DNA of 64,000 nucleotides from the human T2T-CHM13v2.0 reference genome, Homo sapiens, in NCBI RefSeq assembly GCF_009914755.1, contig NC_060938.1; one strand, written 5' to 3'. Position numbers and translations under genes: made by a program. A model generated the notes under the pieces. It did not search any database. It was not told the origin of the DNA and worked only from the letters and a program-made list of their open reading frames with translations. Shown in pieces: positions 13,501-26,499 of this stretch. Within the stretch, counting starts at the first letter, position 1. Each line of letters opens with the position of its first letter.

Positions 13501-16500
13501 AGACAGATAATTGAGACAGAAAATTAACAAAGATATTGAGGACCTGAACTCAGATCTGGATCAAGTAGACTTTAGGTATCTACAGAACTCTCCACTCAAA
13601 AACAACATACTATACATTCTTCTCATCACACAGCACTTACTCTAAAATTGACCACATAATCAGAAGTAAAACACTCCTCAGCAAGTGCAAAAGAACATAA
13701 ATCATAACAGTTTCTCAGACCACAGTGCATTACAATTAGAACTCAAGATTAAGAAATTCATTCAAAACCATATGACTACATGGAAAGTGATCAACCTGCT
13801 CCTGAATGACTTTGAGCTAAATAATGAAATTAAGGCAGAAATCAAGAAGTTCTTTGAAACTAATGAGAACAAATATACAGCATACCAGAATCGTGGAACA
13901 CAGCAAAAGCAGTGTTAAGTGGGAAATGTATAGCACAAAATGCCCACATCAAAAAGCTAGAAAGATCTCAAGTTAACAAACTAAGATCACAACTAAAAGA
14001 ACAGGAGAACCAAGAGCAATAAACCCCAAAGCTAGCAGAAGACAAGAAATAATCAAGGTCAGAGCTGAATTCATGGAGATAGAGACACCAAAAATCCTTC
14101 AAAAGATCAACGAATCCAGCAGCTGATTTTTTTTTTGAAAAATTTAATAAAATAGATGGAACACTAGCTAATCTAATGAATAAGAAAGAGAGAAGATTCA
14201 AATAAACACAATAAAAAATTATAAAGGGGATGTCACCACTGACCCCACAGAAATACAAACAAAAATCAGAGAATACTATAAAAGGCTTTATGCACATAAA
14301 CTAGAAAAACTAGAAAAAACTGATAAGTTCCTGGACACATATACCCTCCCAAGACTGAACCAGAAAAAACTGAATTCCTGATTAGACCAATAATTAGCTT
14401 TGAAACTGAGGCAGTAATCAATAGCCTAGCAAACAAAAAAAAAGCCCAGGACCAGACAAATTCATAGCTAAATTCTACCAGAGGTACAAAGAAGAACTGG
14501 TATCATTCCTACTGAAACTTTTGCAAAAAATTGAATTTTTTTTGAAATTCTATGAAGCCAGCATCATCCTGATACCAGAACATAGCAGAGATATAACAGT
14601 AAAAGGAAACTTTAGACCAATATGCTTGATGAATATTGATGCAAAAATTCTCAACAAAATACTGACTGGCAAACCAAAATCAGCAGCACATCAAAAAGCT
14701 CATCCACCATGATCAGATAGGCTTCATTCCTGGGATGCAAGGCTGGTTCAACATATGCAAACTAATAAATGTGATTCATCACATAAACAGAACTAAAGAC
14801 AAAAACCAACTGATTATCTCAATAGATGCAGAAAAGGCTTTCAATAAAATTAAATATCACTTAATGTTAAAAATTATTAATAAAGTAGGTATTGAAGGAA
14901 CATACCTCAAAATATTAAGAGCCATATATGACAAACACACAGCCAATATCATACTGAATGGACAAAACTGGAAACATTCCACTTGAAAACTAGCACAAGA
15001 CAAGGATGCCCTATCTCACCACTCCTACTCAACATAGCATTGGAATTTCTAGCCAGGGATATCAGGCAAGAGAAATAAATAAAACGTATTCAAATACAAA
15101 AAGAGAAAGTCAAACTATCTTTGTTTGCAGATGACATGATCCTATATCTAGAAAACCCGATCATCTCAGCCCAAAAGCTTCTTAAGCTGATAAGCAACTT
15201 CAACAAAGTCTCAGGATACAAAATCAATGTGCTAAAATTGTCAGCATTTCTATAAACCAACAACATGCAAGCAGGGAGCCAAATGATGAATGAACTCCCA
15301 TTCACGATTGCCACTAAAAGAATAAAATACCTAGGAATACAGCTAACAAGAGAAATGAAGGACCTCTTCAAGGAAAACTACAAACCATTGCTCAAATAAG
15401 TCAGAAATGACACAAACAAATGGAAAAACAGTCCATGCTCATGGATAAGATCAATACCATGAAAATGGCTATATTGCCCAAAGCAATTTATATATTCAAT
15501 GCTATTCCCATTAAACCACCATTGACATTCTTCACAGAATTAGGAGAAAAAAACTATTTTAAAGTTAATATAGAATAAAAAAAGAGCCTGAGCAGCCAAG
15601 CCAATCCTAAGCAAAACAAACAAAGCTGGAGGCATCACCCTACCCAACTTCAAACTATACCATAGGGGTACAGTAACCAAAACAGCATGGTCCTGGTACA
15701 AGAATGAACACATAGACCAATGAAACATAATAGAGAACCCAGCAATAAGACCACACACCTATAACCATCTGATTTTCAACAAACCTGATAAAAACAAGCA
15801 ATAAGAAAAAGATTCCCTATTTAATAAATGGTGCTCCATATGTACTGGAGTACTGGCTCTCCATATGCAGAAAATTAAAACTGGACTCCTCCCTTACATC
15901 ATATACAAAAATCAACTCAAGATGGATTAAAGACTTACATGTAAAACCCAAAACTATAAAAATCCTAGAAAAAAACCTACACAATACCATTCAGGACATA
16001 GGCACAGGCAAAGATTTCATTACTAAGACACCAAAAGCAATTGTAACAAAAGCAAAAATTGACCAATGGGATCTAATTAAACTAAAGAGCTTCTGCGCAG
16101 CAAAAGAAACTATAGACACAGTACACAGACAACCTACAGCATGGGAGAAAGTTTTTGGAATCTATCTATCTGACAAAGGTCTAATATCAAGCATTTATAA
16201 GGAACTTAAACAAATTTACTAGAAAAAAAAAACCATTAAAAAGTGAGCAAAGGACGTGAACAAACGCTTCAAAAGAAGACATACATGCAGACAACCGGCA
16301 TATGAAAAAAAGCTCAACGTCACTGATCATTAGATAAATGCAGATCAAAACGATGATATAATACAATCTGACACCATTCAGGATGGCTATTATTAAAAAG
16401 TCAAAAAAGAAAAACATATGCTGGAAAGGTTGTGGAGAAAAAGGAATCCTTTTACACTTTTAGTGGGAGTGTACATTAGTTCAACCATTGTGGAAAACAG

Positions 16501-16740
16501 TGTAGCGATTCATCAAAGACCTATAGACATTAATACCATTTGACCCAGCAATCCCATTACTGGGTATATAATCAAAGGAATATAAATCATTCTATCATAA
16601 AGATATATGCACATGAATGTTCATTGCAGCACTATTCACAATAGGAAGACACAGAATCAGCCTGAATGCTCATCACTGATAGACTGGATAAAGCAAATTT
16701 GGTATATATACACCGTAGAATACTATGCAGCCATAAAAAT
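10598..16740 (+). mobile_element. 5'-complete older L1PA (about L1PA10-13-like), 3' end missing, inactive
   Basis: G-rich start with YY1-like 'aagatggcc' (10611-10619); about 1.4-kb 5'UTR; ORF1 remnant from 11991 (start codon now TTG); ORF2 from ATG 13071 with many stops and frameshifts; homology stops at 'gcagccataaaaat' with no 3'UTR or poly(A). Confidence 0.92.
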
Positions 16741-16759
16741 AATCTGCAGACAGCAAATC

Positions 16760-17520
16760 AGGGAATTCCTTTGTAATATAATGCTTGAGCTGAGTTAAGA
16801 AGGTTGACCATAGGGAAATAGAAAAACAAAATCCTGTACAAAAGTGTGAAGAAAGGAAGAAGCTAGGTAAGTATGCAGAACTTGGGAATTTGAAGTATTT
16901 GAGGGCAGTGTGAAGAGCTTGGAAAGAGGCCTGTGATGAAATAAAATGAGAAATTTAGGTAGAGACTGAATATGTAGTCTCTTCTAGGGATGTTAAAGAG
17001 TGTTGACTTTATGCTAAGGATAGCAGGAAGATGGTAAAGGATTTTAAGCTCTGAATTGGCAAACATGTTTAGATATACTATTTTACAAGATTACTCTGGG
17101 CCAGGCTGTAGTCCCAGCACTTTGGGAGGCTGAGGCAGGTGGATCACCAGGTCAGGAGTTCAAGACCAGCCTGGCCAAGATGGTGAAACCCCATCTCTAT
17201 TAAAAATACAAAAATTAGCTGGGCTAGTGGTGGGTTCCTGTAATCCCAGCTACTCGGGAAGCTGAGGCAGAGAATTGCTTGAACCAGGGAGGTGGAGTTT
17301 GCAGCAAGCTGAGATCACGCCACTGCACTCCAGCCTGGGCGACACAGCAAGACTCCATCAAAAAAAAAAAAAAAAAAAAAGATTACTCTGGCTTTTTGTT
17401 GAACAGTATATGATGTTTCTAAGTGTGGTAATTTTATGCTGTCACTCAGACTCTTGGTTGGCAGCGATGGCAGCTGGTGAAAAGGTTGACAAATTTGCAA
17501 ACATTTGAAAGGGCATACGG
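16760..17520 (-). mobile_element. L2 fragment interrupted by an Alu
   Basis: Antisense L2 motifs 'gttaaagagtgttgactttatgctaag', 'aaaggattttaagc' and 'aagattactctggct'. Confidence 0.6.
17099..17378 (+). mobile_element. AluS (Sg/Sx-type) with a ~15-bp deletion near the 5' end
   Basis: Dimeric Alu with A-tail; perfect 13-bp TSD aagattactctgg (17087-17099 / 17379-17391); start reads ggccaggc|tgtagtccc. Confidence 0.95.
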
Positions 17521-18132
17521 CAAACAAAAAAGGAAAAATAAGGTAACAAGCCCTTTGTGAGAAAAGATATTCAGGAACCTCCTTATTTTTTGCAGCTGAG
17601 ATCTAAAAGCAAACAAACACAAATGCAAAGATTTCAAGGGCCCTGTAGCTGTGGAATTGAATGCTCTGTATTGTTGACCTAAGACCAACAACAGAATCTA
17701 GATGTTGAATGAGAAACTGGTTCAAGCATAGCAGGTGATTAAATCAGGCATCCTCATCATATTCAGAGGAATAGAACATAATGGCAGTTCACCCTTTATC
17801 ACTGTAGTTGTAGCCTTCAAAGGCAAAGTCTAGGTCAAAAGAATACTGTAGTAAAGGACAAAAAAGCATCTGACATGCATTCAACATAGAAACTGTGTGG
17901 GACAGCCCCTAAATCAATAGCAGTAGATGCACAGATATTTAAATATGTGAACTATCAAAGCCCTTTTAGGGTTTGTTTGCCCTGATTTTAGAAGCAGGAC
18001 TGACAAACTTAGATTAGGTTGGCCTAATTTAAGATTCTTAGATCAGCACTCTTAGCAATAGAGAAGAGGAAACTCAAGACATTGATCCTTGTCTTTGCAC
18101 TAATTTGGTCATTTGATGCTGTAAGGTATTAA

Positions 18133-18153
18133 ATATATATATATATGTATATA

Positions 18154-18214
<61 letters not shown>
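18133..18214. repeat. (TA)n/(TG)n compound microsatellite
   Basis: Long pure (TA)n run following a short (TG)n. Confidence 0.97.
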
Positions 18215-18218
<4 letters not shown>

Positions 18219-18927
18219 CAGTATTATCTCCATGGTCACTAGCTAGTATATCTCCATAGTAATTAGGTCTGTGTGATTTAATTCTATGTGCTTTTATTTT
18301 GTTACTTTTACTAACTTTTAGTTTCTAAAATTTCTACCATAAACATATATTGATGCACTTGTTAAATCAAAGATAATCATTGATACCCTTAAGCAATGAC
18401 TGCTTTATGTTGCTTGAATCTAATTATCCTGCAGAGAAAAATTAGAAAACCTGTGAGGTATGGGGAACAGTGATGTCTGTCTGACAGCATTGGAGAGTTA
18501 TCAAGGCAGTGAGCTTTCTCAGAATAAAATGAAGAGGTGAAGCAAGAGAGCTAAATTCAATTGGGGGAGCTGCTTTTTTCTTTGAGACAATTATGAATTC
18601 TAAAGTAAAAGTGTCATTGTAAAAGTTTAGACAAAAGCAGACTTAGAAAAGCTGGAGAGAAAAAAAATGAAATTCACATGACACCAAGAATGAGGGTCCT
18701 GATAAATAGCCAGGGCTGTACTTAGGGCACTAAATGTTAGAAGTAAAGGGAAAAAAGACAAAAACGGCCTTCAAAAGGAATAAAGCTCAGCTTTGACTCA
18801 ATTCTGCCTCCAGAAAAACTGCCTGCCAAATAAAAAAAACAAAACAAAAACAAAACAAACAAACAAAAAAACTATGCCAGGAAGAAGATAAAATCACCCA
18901 GAATCTTAATAGTTTTCAGCCTAATGT

Positions 18928-21620
18928 GTTTTTAATTATTTATTGATACATAATAGATGTATATATTTTGGGGGTACATGTGATAATTTGATGCATTTAT
19001 ATAATCAAGGCAGGGTAATTAAGATATCCATCATCTTAAATATTTATCTTTTCTTTATGCTGGGAACATTTAAATCATTCTCTTCAAGCTATTTTGAAAT
19101 GCACAATAGACTAATGTTAACTATCATCACCTTATGGATCTATTGAACACCAGGGCCTATATCTTCTATGTAACTGTATATTTGTATCAATTAATCAACT
19201 CCTTTATATCCCTTCCTTCTCCTAGCCCTACCTGGCCTCTGATAATCACAAATCTACTCTCTATCTTTATGAAACCCACATAAGAGTGAGAACATGTGAT
19301 ATTTCTCTTTCTGTGACTGTCTTGTTTCACTGAATGTAATGACCTCTAGTTCCATCCAAACTGTTGAAAATGATTGGATTTCATTCTCTTATGGCTGAAT
19401 AATATTCTATTGTGTGTGTGTATATACATATATTATATATATATATTACATTTTCTTTATTCATTTATCAATCGATAGACATCAATGGATTGATTCCATA
19501 TTTTGGGTATTGTGAATTGTGCTGCAATAAACACAGGTGTAGCTATCACTTCGATATACCAATTTTCTTTTTTGTAGGTATATACCCAGTAGTGTAATTG
19601 GTGCTGGACCATATTTAGTTTTATTTTTAGCTTTCAGAGGTTTTATTTTTGGCTTTTAGCTCCATATTGTTTTTCATAGTGGCTGTACTAATTTACATTC
19701 CCACCAACAGAGTATGTGGGGTCCCTTTTCTCCACATCCTGACCAACATATGCTCTTCCCTCTTTCTGACAAAAGTAGTTCTAACTGGGGTGAGATTATC
19801 TCTTACTGTGGCTTTGATTTGCATTTCCCTGATAATTAATGATGTTGAACATTTTTTATGTACCTACTGGCCATTTGTATGTCTTCTTTTAAGAAATGTC
19901 TATTCAGATTTTTGGCCCATTTTTAAGCTGGATTTTTTTGTATTGTTTGAGCTCTTTATATATTCTGGTTATTAATCTTTTTCAGATGGAGAGTGTGCAA
20001 ATATTTTCTTCCACTCTGTGGATTATGTTTCTTTGTTGATTATTCTCTTTGCTGTGTAGAAGACTTTTAGCTTTATGGCATTACATATATGTATTTTTGC
20101 TTTTGTTGTCTGCTTTTGAGGTCTTACAGAAAAAGTCTTTGCCCAGATAAATGTCCTGGACTCTTTCCTTACCAATTTTTTTCTGGTAGTTTCATGGTTT
20201 GGGGACTTAGATTCACATCTTTCATTCATTTGGATTTGATTTTTGTATATAGTGAGAGACAGGGGTCCAATTTTATTATTCTGCACACAGTCATCCAGTT
20301 TTCTCAGCACCATTTATTGAAGAAATTGCTGTTTTCCTATTGTGTGTCTTGGTGCCTTTGTCAATAAAAAGGCAGCTGTGAAATGTATGGATTTATATCT
20401 GGGTTCTCTTTTTGGTCTCGTTAGTCTATGGTTCTGTTCTTATGCCAGTGCCATACTGATTTGAAAACTATAGCTTTATAGCATATTTTGAAATCAGGTA
20501 GTGTCATGCATCCAGCTTTATTATTTTTACTTAAGATTGCTTTGGCTCTTCAGGGTCTTCTGTGGTTCCATATAAATCTCAGGGTTGTTTTTATTATTCT
20601 GTGAAGACTGTCATTGGTATTTTGATAGGGATGGTGTTGAATCTGTAAATTGCTTTGGGTAGTACCACCAATTTAACAATATTAAGTTTTTGGTTCATGA
20701 GCATAAAATATCTTCCCACGTTTATATATCCTCTTCAATTTGTTTCATCAATGCTTTATGGTTTTTTGTATAGATCTTTTGTACATTTAAATTGATTCCT
20801 AGCTATCTGATACTCTTGTTGCTATTGTAAATAAAATTGCTCTTTGGTTTCTTTTTCAAATTGTTTGCTGTTAGTGTATGTAAATGCTACTCCTTTTGTA
20901 CGTTGATTTTATACCATGCAACTTTACTGAATTTGTTTATCATTTTTTAAAGTTTTTTGGTGGAGTCTTTAGGCTTTACTAAATGTAAGCTCTTGTCATT
21001 TGCATCCAAGGCTGATTTGACTTGATTCCAATTTGGATGCCCTTTATTTCTTACTTTTGTTTAACTGCTCGGACAAGGACGTTCAGCATCACGTTGAGTA
21101 ACAGTGGTGAATGTGGGCATCCTTCTCATGTTCCAGAACTTAGAGGAAAGGCTTTCAATTTTTCCCAATTTAGTATGCTGTTGGGTGTGGGTTTATTATG
21201 GCCTTCATTATTTTGAGGTATGTTCCTTCTATAGCCAGCCTTTATTATTTTGAGGTATGTTCCTTCTATAGCCAGTTCATTCTATAACTGGCTATAGAAG
21301 GAACATACCTCAAAATAATGTGTGCAGAATAATATGAGAGTTTTTAATCATAAAGCATTTTATCAAATGCTTTTTCAGCATCTATTGAAATGATCATATT
21401 GTTTTTTTCTCAGTCCTGTTAATATGATGTATTACGTTTATTGATTTGCATATGTTATAAAACATCCTACATCCCTGGAATGAATATCACCTGATCATGG
21501 TGAATGATCTTTTTAATGTGTTGTTGAATTCAGTTTGCATTTTGTTGAGCTTTATATCTATGTTCACCAATAATATTGGCCTGTAGCCTGATTTTGGTAT
21601 CAGAAGAATGCTAGCCCCAT
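18928..21620 (-). mobile_element. L1MA (L1MA3-like) 3'UTR plus 3' ORF2, degraded
   Basis: 3' end 'tttattgatacataatagatgtatatattttgggggtacatgtgata...gctattttgaaat'; minus ORF 20023-20313 is frameshifted ORF2. Confidence 0.88.
21201..21319. repeat. 37-bp tandem duplication plus perfect 34-bp inverted repeat
   Basis: Direct copies at 21201-21237 and 21238-21274 (1 mismatch); arms 21244-21277 and 21286-21319 are exact reverse complements around an 8-nt loop. Confidence 0.95.
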
Positions 21621-21931
21621 AAATAACTTTTTAAACTTTCATTTATGTCACTGAAATTATGGTGATTTTTTGTCCATGAAAAGATATACATGGTTTTAAT
21701 TATATTACTATCAAATATTTAGACCCATTTTCTTCAAAAACTTTAAGAATTTTTTAGTAATCAGCATTTTATTTTTAAAACAAATAGGGAAATGCATATA
21801 TTAAATATATGGCTAAAGTTATTAATTGTTTTATAATGGATCAATCACATTTCAACAGTGTAGTTATAGTCTCTGAAAGCCACTCATTCTTCTCATGCCT
21901 TGTTGCAGATTTAGCTTAAAATCTTAGTTGA

Positions 21932-22030
21932 AAATATGGCTCATAAACTTTCATATCTAATAAATCATAAGCAATGTTTATGAAATATGGCTCATAAACT
22001 TTCACATCTAATGAATCATAAGCAATGTTT
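21932..22030. repeat. Two-copy tandem duplication, 51-bp period
   Basis: aaatatggctcataaactttcaYatctaatRaatcataagcaatgttt at 21932 and 21983, 2 mismatches. Confidence 0.93.
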
Positions 22031-22396
22031 ACCTTCATTTCATGTAAAGTTTAACAGACACATGGGAGACTTTTATAAGGAAGTCACTATATTTAAAAAT
22101 AATGAGAGTTAAGGAAAGAGCAGAGGCTATAATTCCAGGCATAAAGAAAGAATAAAGTATGAAATGAGGAATAAAATGATTGGAAATGGAAATGGAAATG
22201 ATGACGAGTGCCAGTAATTATGAACAGGAAAGATTTATAAGACTCAAGCTTTTGTGTCTTTGTGTTTTTTTTTGTTTTTGTTTTTGACTTAAAATATTGC
22301 TAATAAATCTTTAATTCTTATTTTAATTGCTTTAAATTTTAGGACCAAAAACACATTGAGTTTCAGTTACTAGCTCAAAATAAACCTTATTGCCAC

Positions 22397-22679
<283 letters not shown>

Positions 22680-25599
22680 TGTCACTTCTTCATCTCACAT
22701 AGCATTATATGTATACAGTCTGACTTAAATATGTTTAGAAAAATGGTGAGTTTCTTCCTTTCATCTGAAATGGCTTTTTTTTTTAATTTACCTTTGCTAT
22801 AAGTTTCACTGAGAGACCAAACTTTTATTTCCCAATACCTTCCATTCTAATAAGCTCTGCCTCCAGCTTATCTTCAGAATTTCTCCATATTTTTTACATA
22901 ACCTATTCCCAGGACACAGTGTATAGCTGCACAAGAAGAATATTTTAACATCTATAAAATAACAGCTCTAATATTTAGAAATATAAAACCTAGTTATGTC
23001 TCCATTAGTTATTAAAACACAATTGCATTAGTAGTTGAAATATTTCAGAGTGGAAAACCCTCCCTCATTGGATTCATATTGTTGCTACATATATTAAGGT
23101 GAAACTTTAATATTCTTTCTCTAAATGAAAAAATAGCCCTTTTGTTGTTTTTTATTCTCTCAGGAATAAAACAGTGTCTGGAATCACTCTTTATTGATGT
23201 GAGTGAGCACAAGATAGGAAAATCACATGTATTTACAGATAAGACTCCTGTAATCCTTGGGGAGATTAATCTGGTAATTTAAATAAGAAAGCCCCAAGAA
23301 GGTCCCAATGCTAAATCAAACTATGCTCAGGATGACACTGAACTTAGATCCAAGGAGATAGTTGCCATTCTCAATATCATATGGCAACAAGGCCTCTGGG
23401 TAGTCAGGAGTCTGTGCTACTCCTCTTCCAGCCATTTGCTGAATACTGTTTGAGTTTCAAAACAATGTGAACAGCATAAAACATGCTAAATCTTCTGAAG
23501 TGTTATAGATGTTACAGATTGATTTATTTTAGTAACAATTTCAATAAATTATTAATCCTTTAATAAATAATAGATTTCTAAAGAAAATTACCATGCATTG
23601 TACTATAAACATGCCTATTTTATTACATACTTATAATCCATTTCAAAGAAATATGTATGGGATCTTATAATTCCATAAAACCACATGATAATCTCAGTTT
23701 ATATATTTCTTGTGACTAAGTAAAATAAGGAATTTATTTTACAATGTAACAATCTGTAGTTTTAAGGTCTTAAAAAGTCAAAAAATATAGATCAATATTT
23801 ACTGGATATATAGTTACCCTACTAGCCTCATAGAAATTGAATGTAACACAATTTTCCACAGAATCAAAAAAAAATTTATATTCATAATCCCTCTCAAATG
23901 TACAAGAAAAATTAAATGTAGTGAAAAGCAACACACGCAATCTAGAGAGAAACTGAGGAATAGAAAATGTGAGAATATCCGTCAAGAGGCTATGTTTTGA
24001 GGAAGTAAGCAGTGCTAAAAGTTATTCCTCAATTGTTGAGCACATATGTATAAGACTATTTTACTAGTTTAAACATTTGTATGACATTTGGTTCAACAAA
24101 TAAGGTTTCAGCACTTACTGTTTTTTCTCTATATCATTTACTGGCTTTGAGTTATCAAGAATTGTTGCATTATTCTTCAAAATTAGAGCTATTGTAGCAT
24201 AATATATGTGAAGCCAGTTAACTACACTGTTGGCTTTGAAAACTCTTAAATAATCCTTGAAAACTTAATGCCCCTTAATTGTTTTCATGTCTCTTCTTTT
24301 ATTTATTCAGTCATTGTCCTTCTAATGTTTTGATGTATTTCTCCATTTTTTTTTTATATTCTAACTCCTCTTCCTTTCTTTGGTACCTTAAAATTACACG
24401 TGTTCAGTACCTGTGCTTTCTATTATCTAAATATATTTTAATGGATTTATTGTCTCCTTCTTGTCTGCCTGTTACTATTCAAATATATAATTAAACTGTG
24501 TCTCCACTATAATTAATTTCTACTTTTTCTTTTCCCATATTTCAGAGAAGTCAATTTCATCAAAGTCCTCACTTGCCACTAAGTGCTCCAATTTTCCTAT
24601 TTTGATTATTCAGCTTATAGAATTTGAATTATAAAATTTTGTGCTTGGAATTGAGATTTCTAAACCATTTTAACCAGTTATTTAATTAAAAGATAAAATT
24701 ATTTCTATTTAATTTTACAGACATTTTCTGCTCCGTGATTTTTGTGAGATTTTCAGGGTTTTCAGCCATTTTTCATACTTCCAGAAAGTCCTCAACATAA
24801 CAATTTTTAATAAATGCATAGTTATAAGTAGAAGAAATTACAAATTACATAGTTTCATAGAAGAAAGATGAAGAGGAAATTGACTAACAATCACTAGGTA
24901 ACCCAACTGTGTACAGCCAGAAACCTGGTGCTTTCTTGTTGTTGTTGCTCTTGTTATTTCCACTTAGTTGGGATCCATACTTCCTCTTTATGCCCCCAAC
25001 AAAATATTCACCTTAGTTCCCAGTAAATTCAGTGTTATTTATTTATTATATTCATTGATAATTAGGAAAAACTTTTTTCAGAACAATAAATATACATTTA
25101 AAAGTCTGGCATATTTAGAGATATTTTACGATATTTAAGTTGTGAGCAAATAAACATTGGCCTCACATTTCCTAACAACATTTGAATGTTCAAAAAAAAT
25201 TGTAGCATAAAATATTTAAAAATATTTAAAGATAGGAGAGTGATTCACTAGAATGCAATGGAGAAACTAGAGAAAAAAAATATTTGGCCTCAGCCAGATA
25301 TATTTTCTAACATCAAAAGACTGCTCTAAATAAGACATTTGGAGACCAATATTGTAATAAAATATTTAAAGGACAGAGAAATACATCACTAGGTCAGACG
25401 TTGCAATCTAAAGAAGAAGTTAGATAAGTTACACAGGAAATTGTTTCTTCATTTTTTTTAGATAAAGCAATAATAATAGGAAAAGGCAAAGAAAAAAGTC
25501 ATTGTAAATAAACTTCTGAAGACAAGAATAGTACGATTTGTTTTGAGGAATAATTTTATGCCAAGAATGATCTAAAAGTCTAGTTTTAACTGTAACAGC

Positions 25600-26110
25600 A
25601 GTATTCAGATTATATGCTTCCCAAAAAAGGCATTTCAAGTATAAAGAAACAAATAGGGTAGCATAATAAGAAAGGAAATTATCCAGTGATAACACTAACT
25701 ATAGTAAGCAAAGGAGGCCAAAATAATATCATACAAATATATTCAAAACAGTAATATTTCTAGAAAAAATGTTATTATTTAATGATAAAGATGAGAATTT
25801 TTCAAAAGAAAATAAAAATCTTATATGTTCATGCACCACAAAGCAGAGATCCAAAATGAAGCAAAAAAACAAAACCCTGAAAGTATAAATAAATAAATCT
25901 ATATTACACTAAAATATTTCAACACTTCTTTCTAAATAATTCATGGAACAAATAAAGAGAAAACCAATAAGCATATAGAAGACATGAAGAATACTATTAA
26001 CTCACTTAAGTTAACATTTGTAGAAGTCTCTCTCCAATAACAGCAAACTACACAAAAGAGTTACCAAAATTGAACATTATTTGGAAAAAATATATGTTCA
26101 TTAATAAAAA
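25600..26110 (+). mobile_element. Ancient L1M ORF2 endonuclease-region fragment
   Basis: 'atatttcaacacttctttc', 'aataagcatatagaagacatgaagaatactattaac' and 'ccaataacagcaaactacaca' resemble L1M EN coding sequence. Confidence 0.65.
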
Positions 26111-26122
26111 TTTAAATTACAC

Positions 26123-26430
26123 AAATTGGAAATCATCATTCTCAGTAAACTATCCCAAGAACAAAAAACCAAACACCGCATATTCTCACTCATAGGTGGG
26201 AACTGAACAATGAGATCACATGGACACAGGAAGGGGAATATCACACTCTGGGGACTGTGGTGGGGAGCGGGGAGGGATAGCATTGGGAGATATACCTAAT
26301 GCTAGATGACGAGTTAGTGGGTGCAGCGCACCAGCACGGCACATGTATACATATGTAACTAACCTGCACAATGTGCACATGTACCCTAAAACTTAAAGTA
26401 TAATAAAAATAAATAAATAAATAAATAAAT
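26123..26430 (+). mobile_element. Short 5'-truncated young L1 (L1PA2-like) 3' end
   Basis: 'gagatcacatgg', 'gaatatcacactctgggg', 'gcattgggagat' and 'gatgacgagttagtggg' (GAG rather than the ACA/ACG of L1HS); (AAAT)n tail; only a partial TSD candidate (aatRaaaatttaaa). Confidence 0.93.
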
Positions 26431-26499
26431 GAAAATTTAAAATAAAAAAAGATTTATATTTAATCTATCTTCTATTTGGGGTATATATACCATTTAGAA

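Noticed and set aside
21201-22030. Short direct repeats as a CRISPR-like array
   Set aside because: Only two adjacent copies each, no spacers, eukaryotic context and no cas genes.
22181-22200. (GGAAAT)n resembling satellite II/III
   Set aside because: Only three units; not a satellite block.
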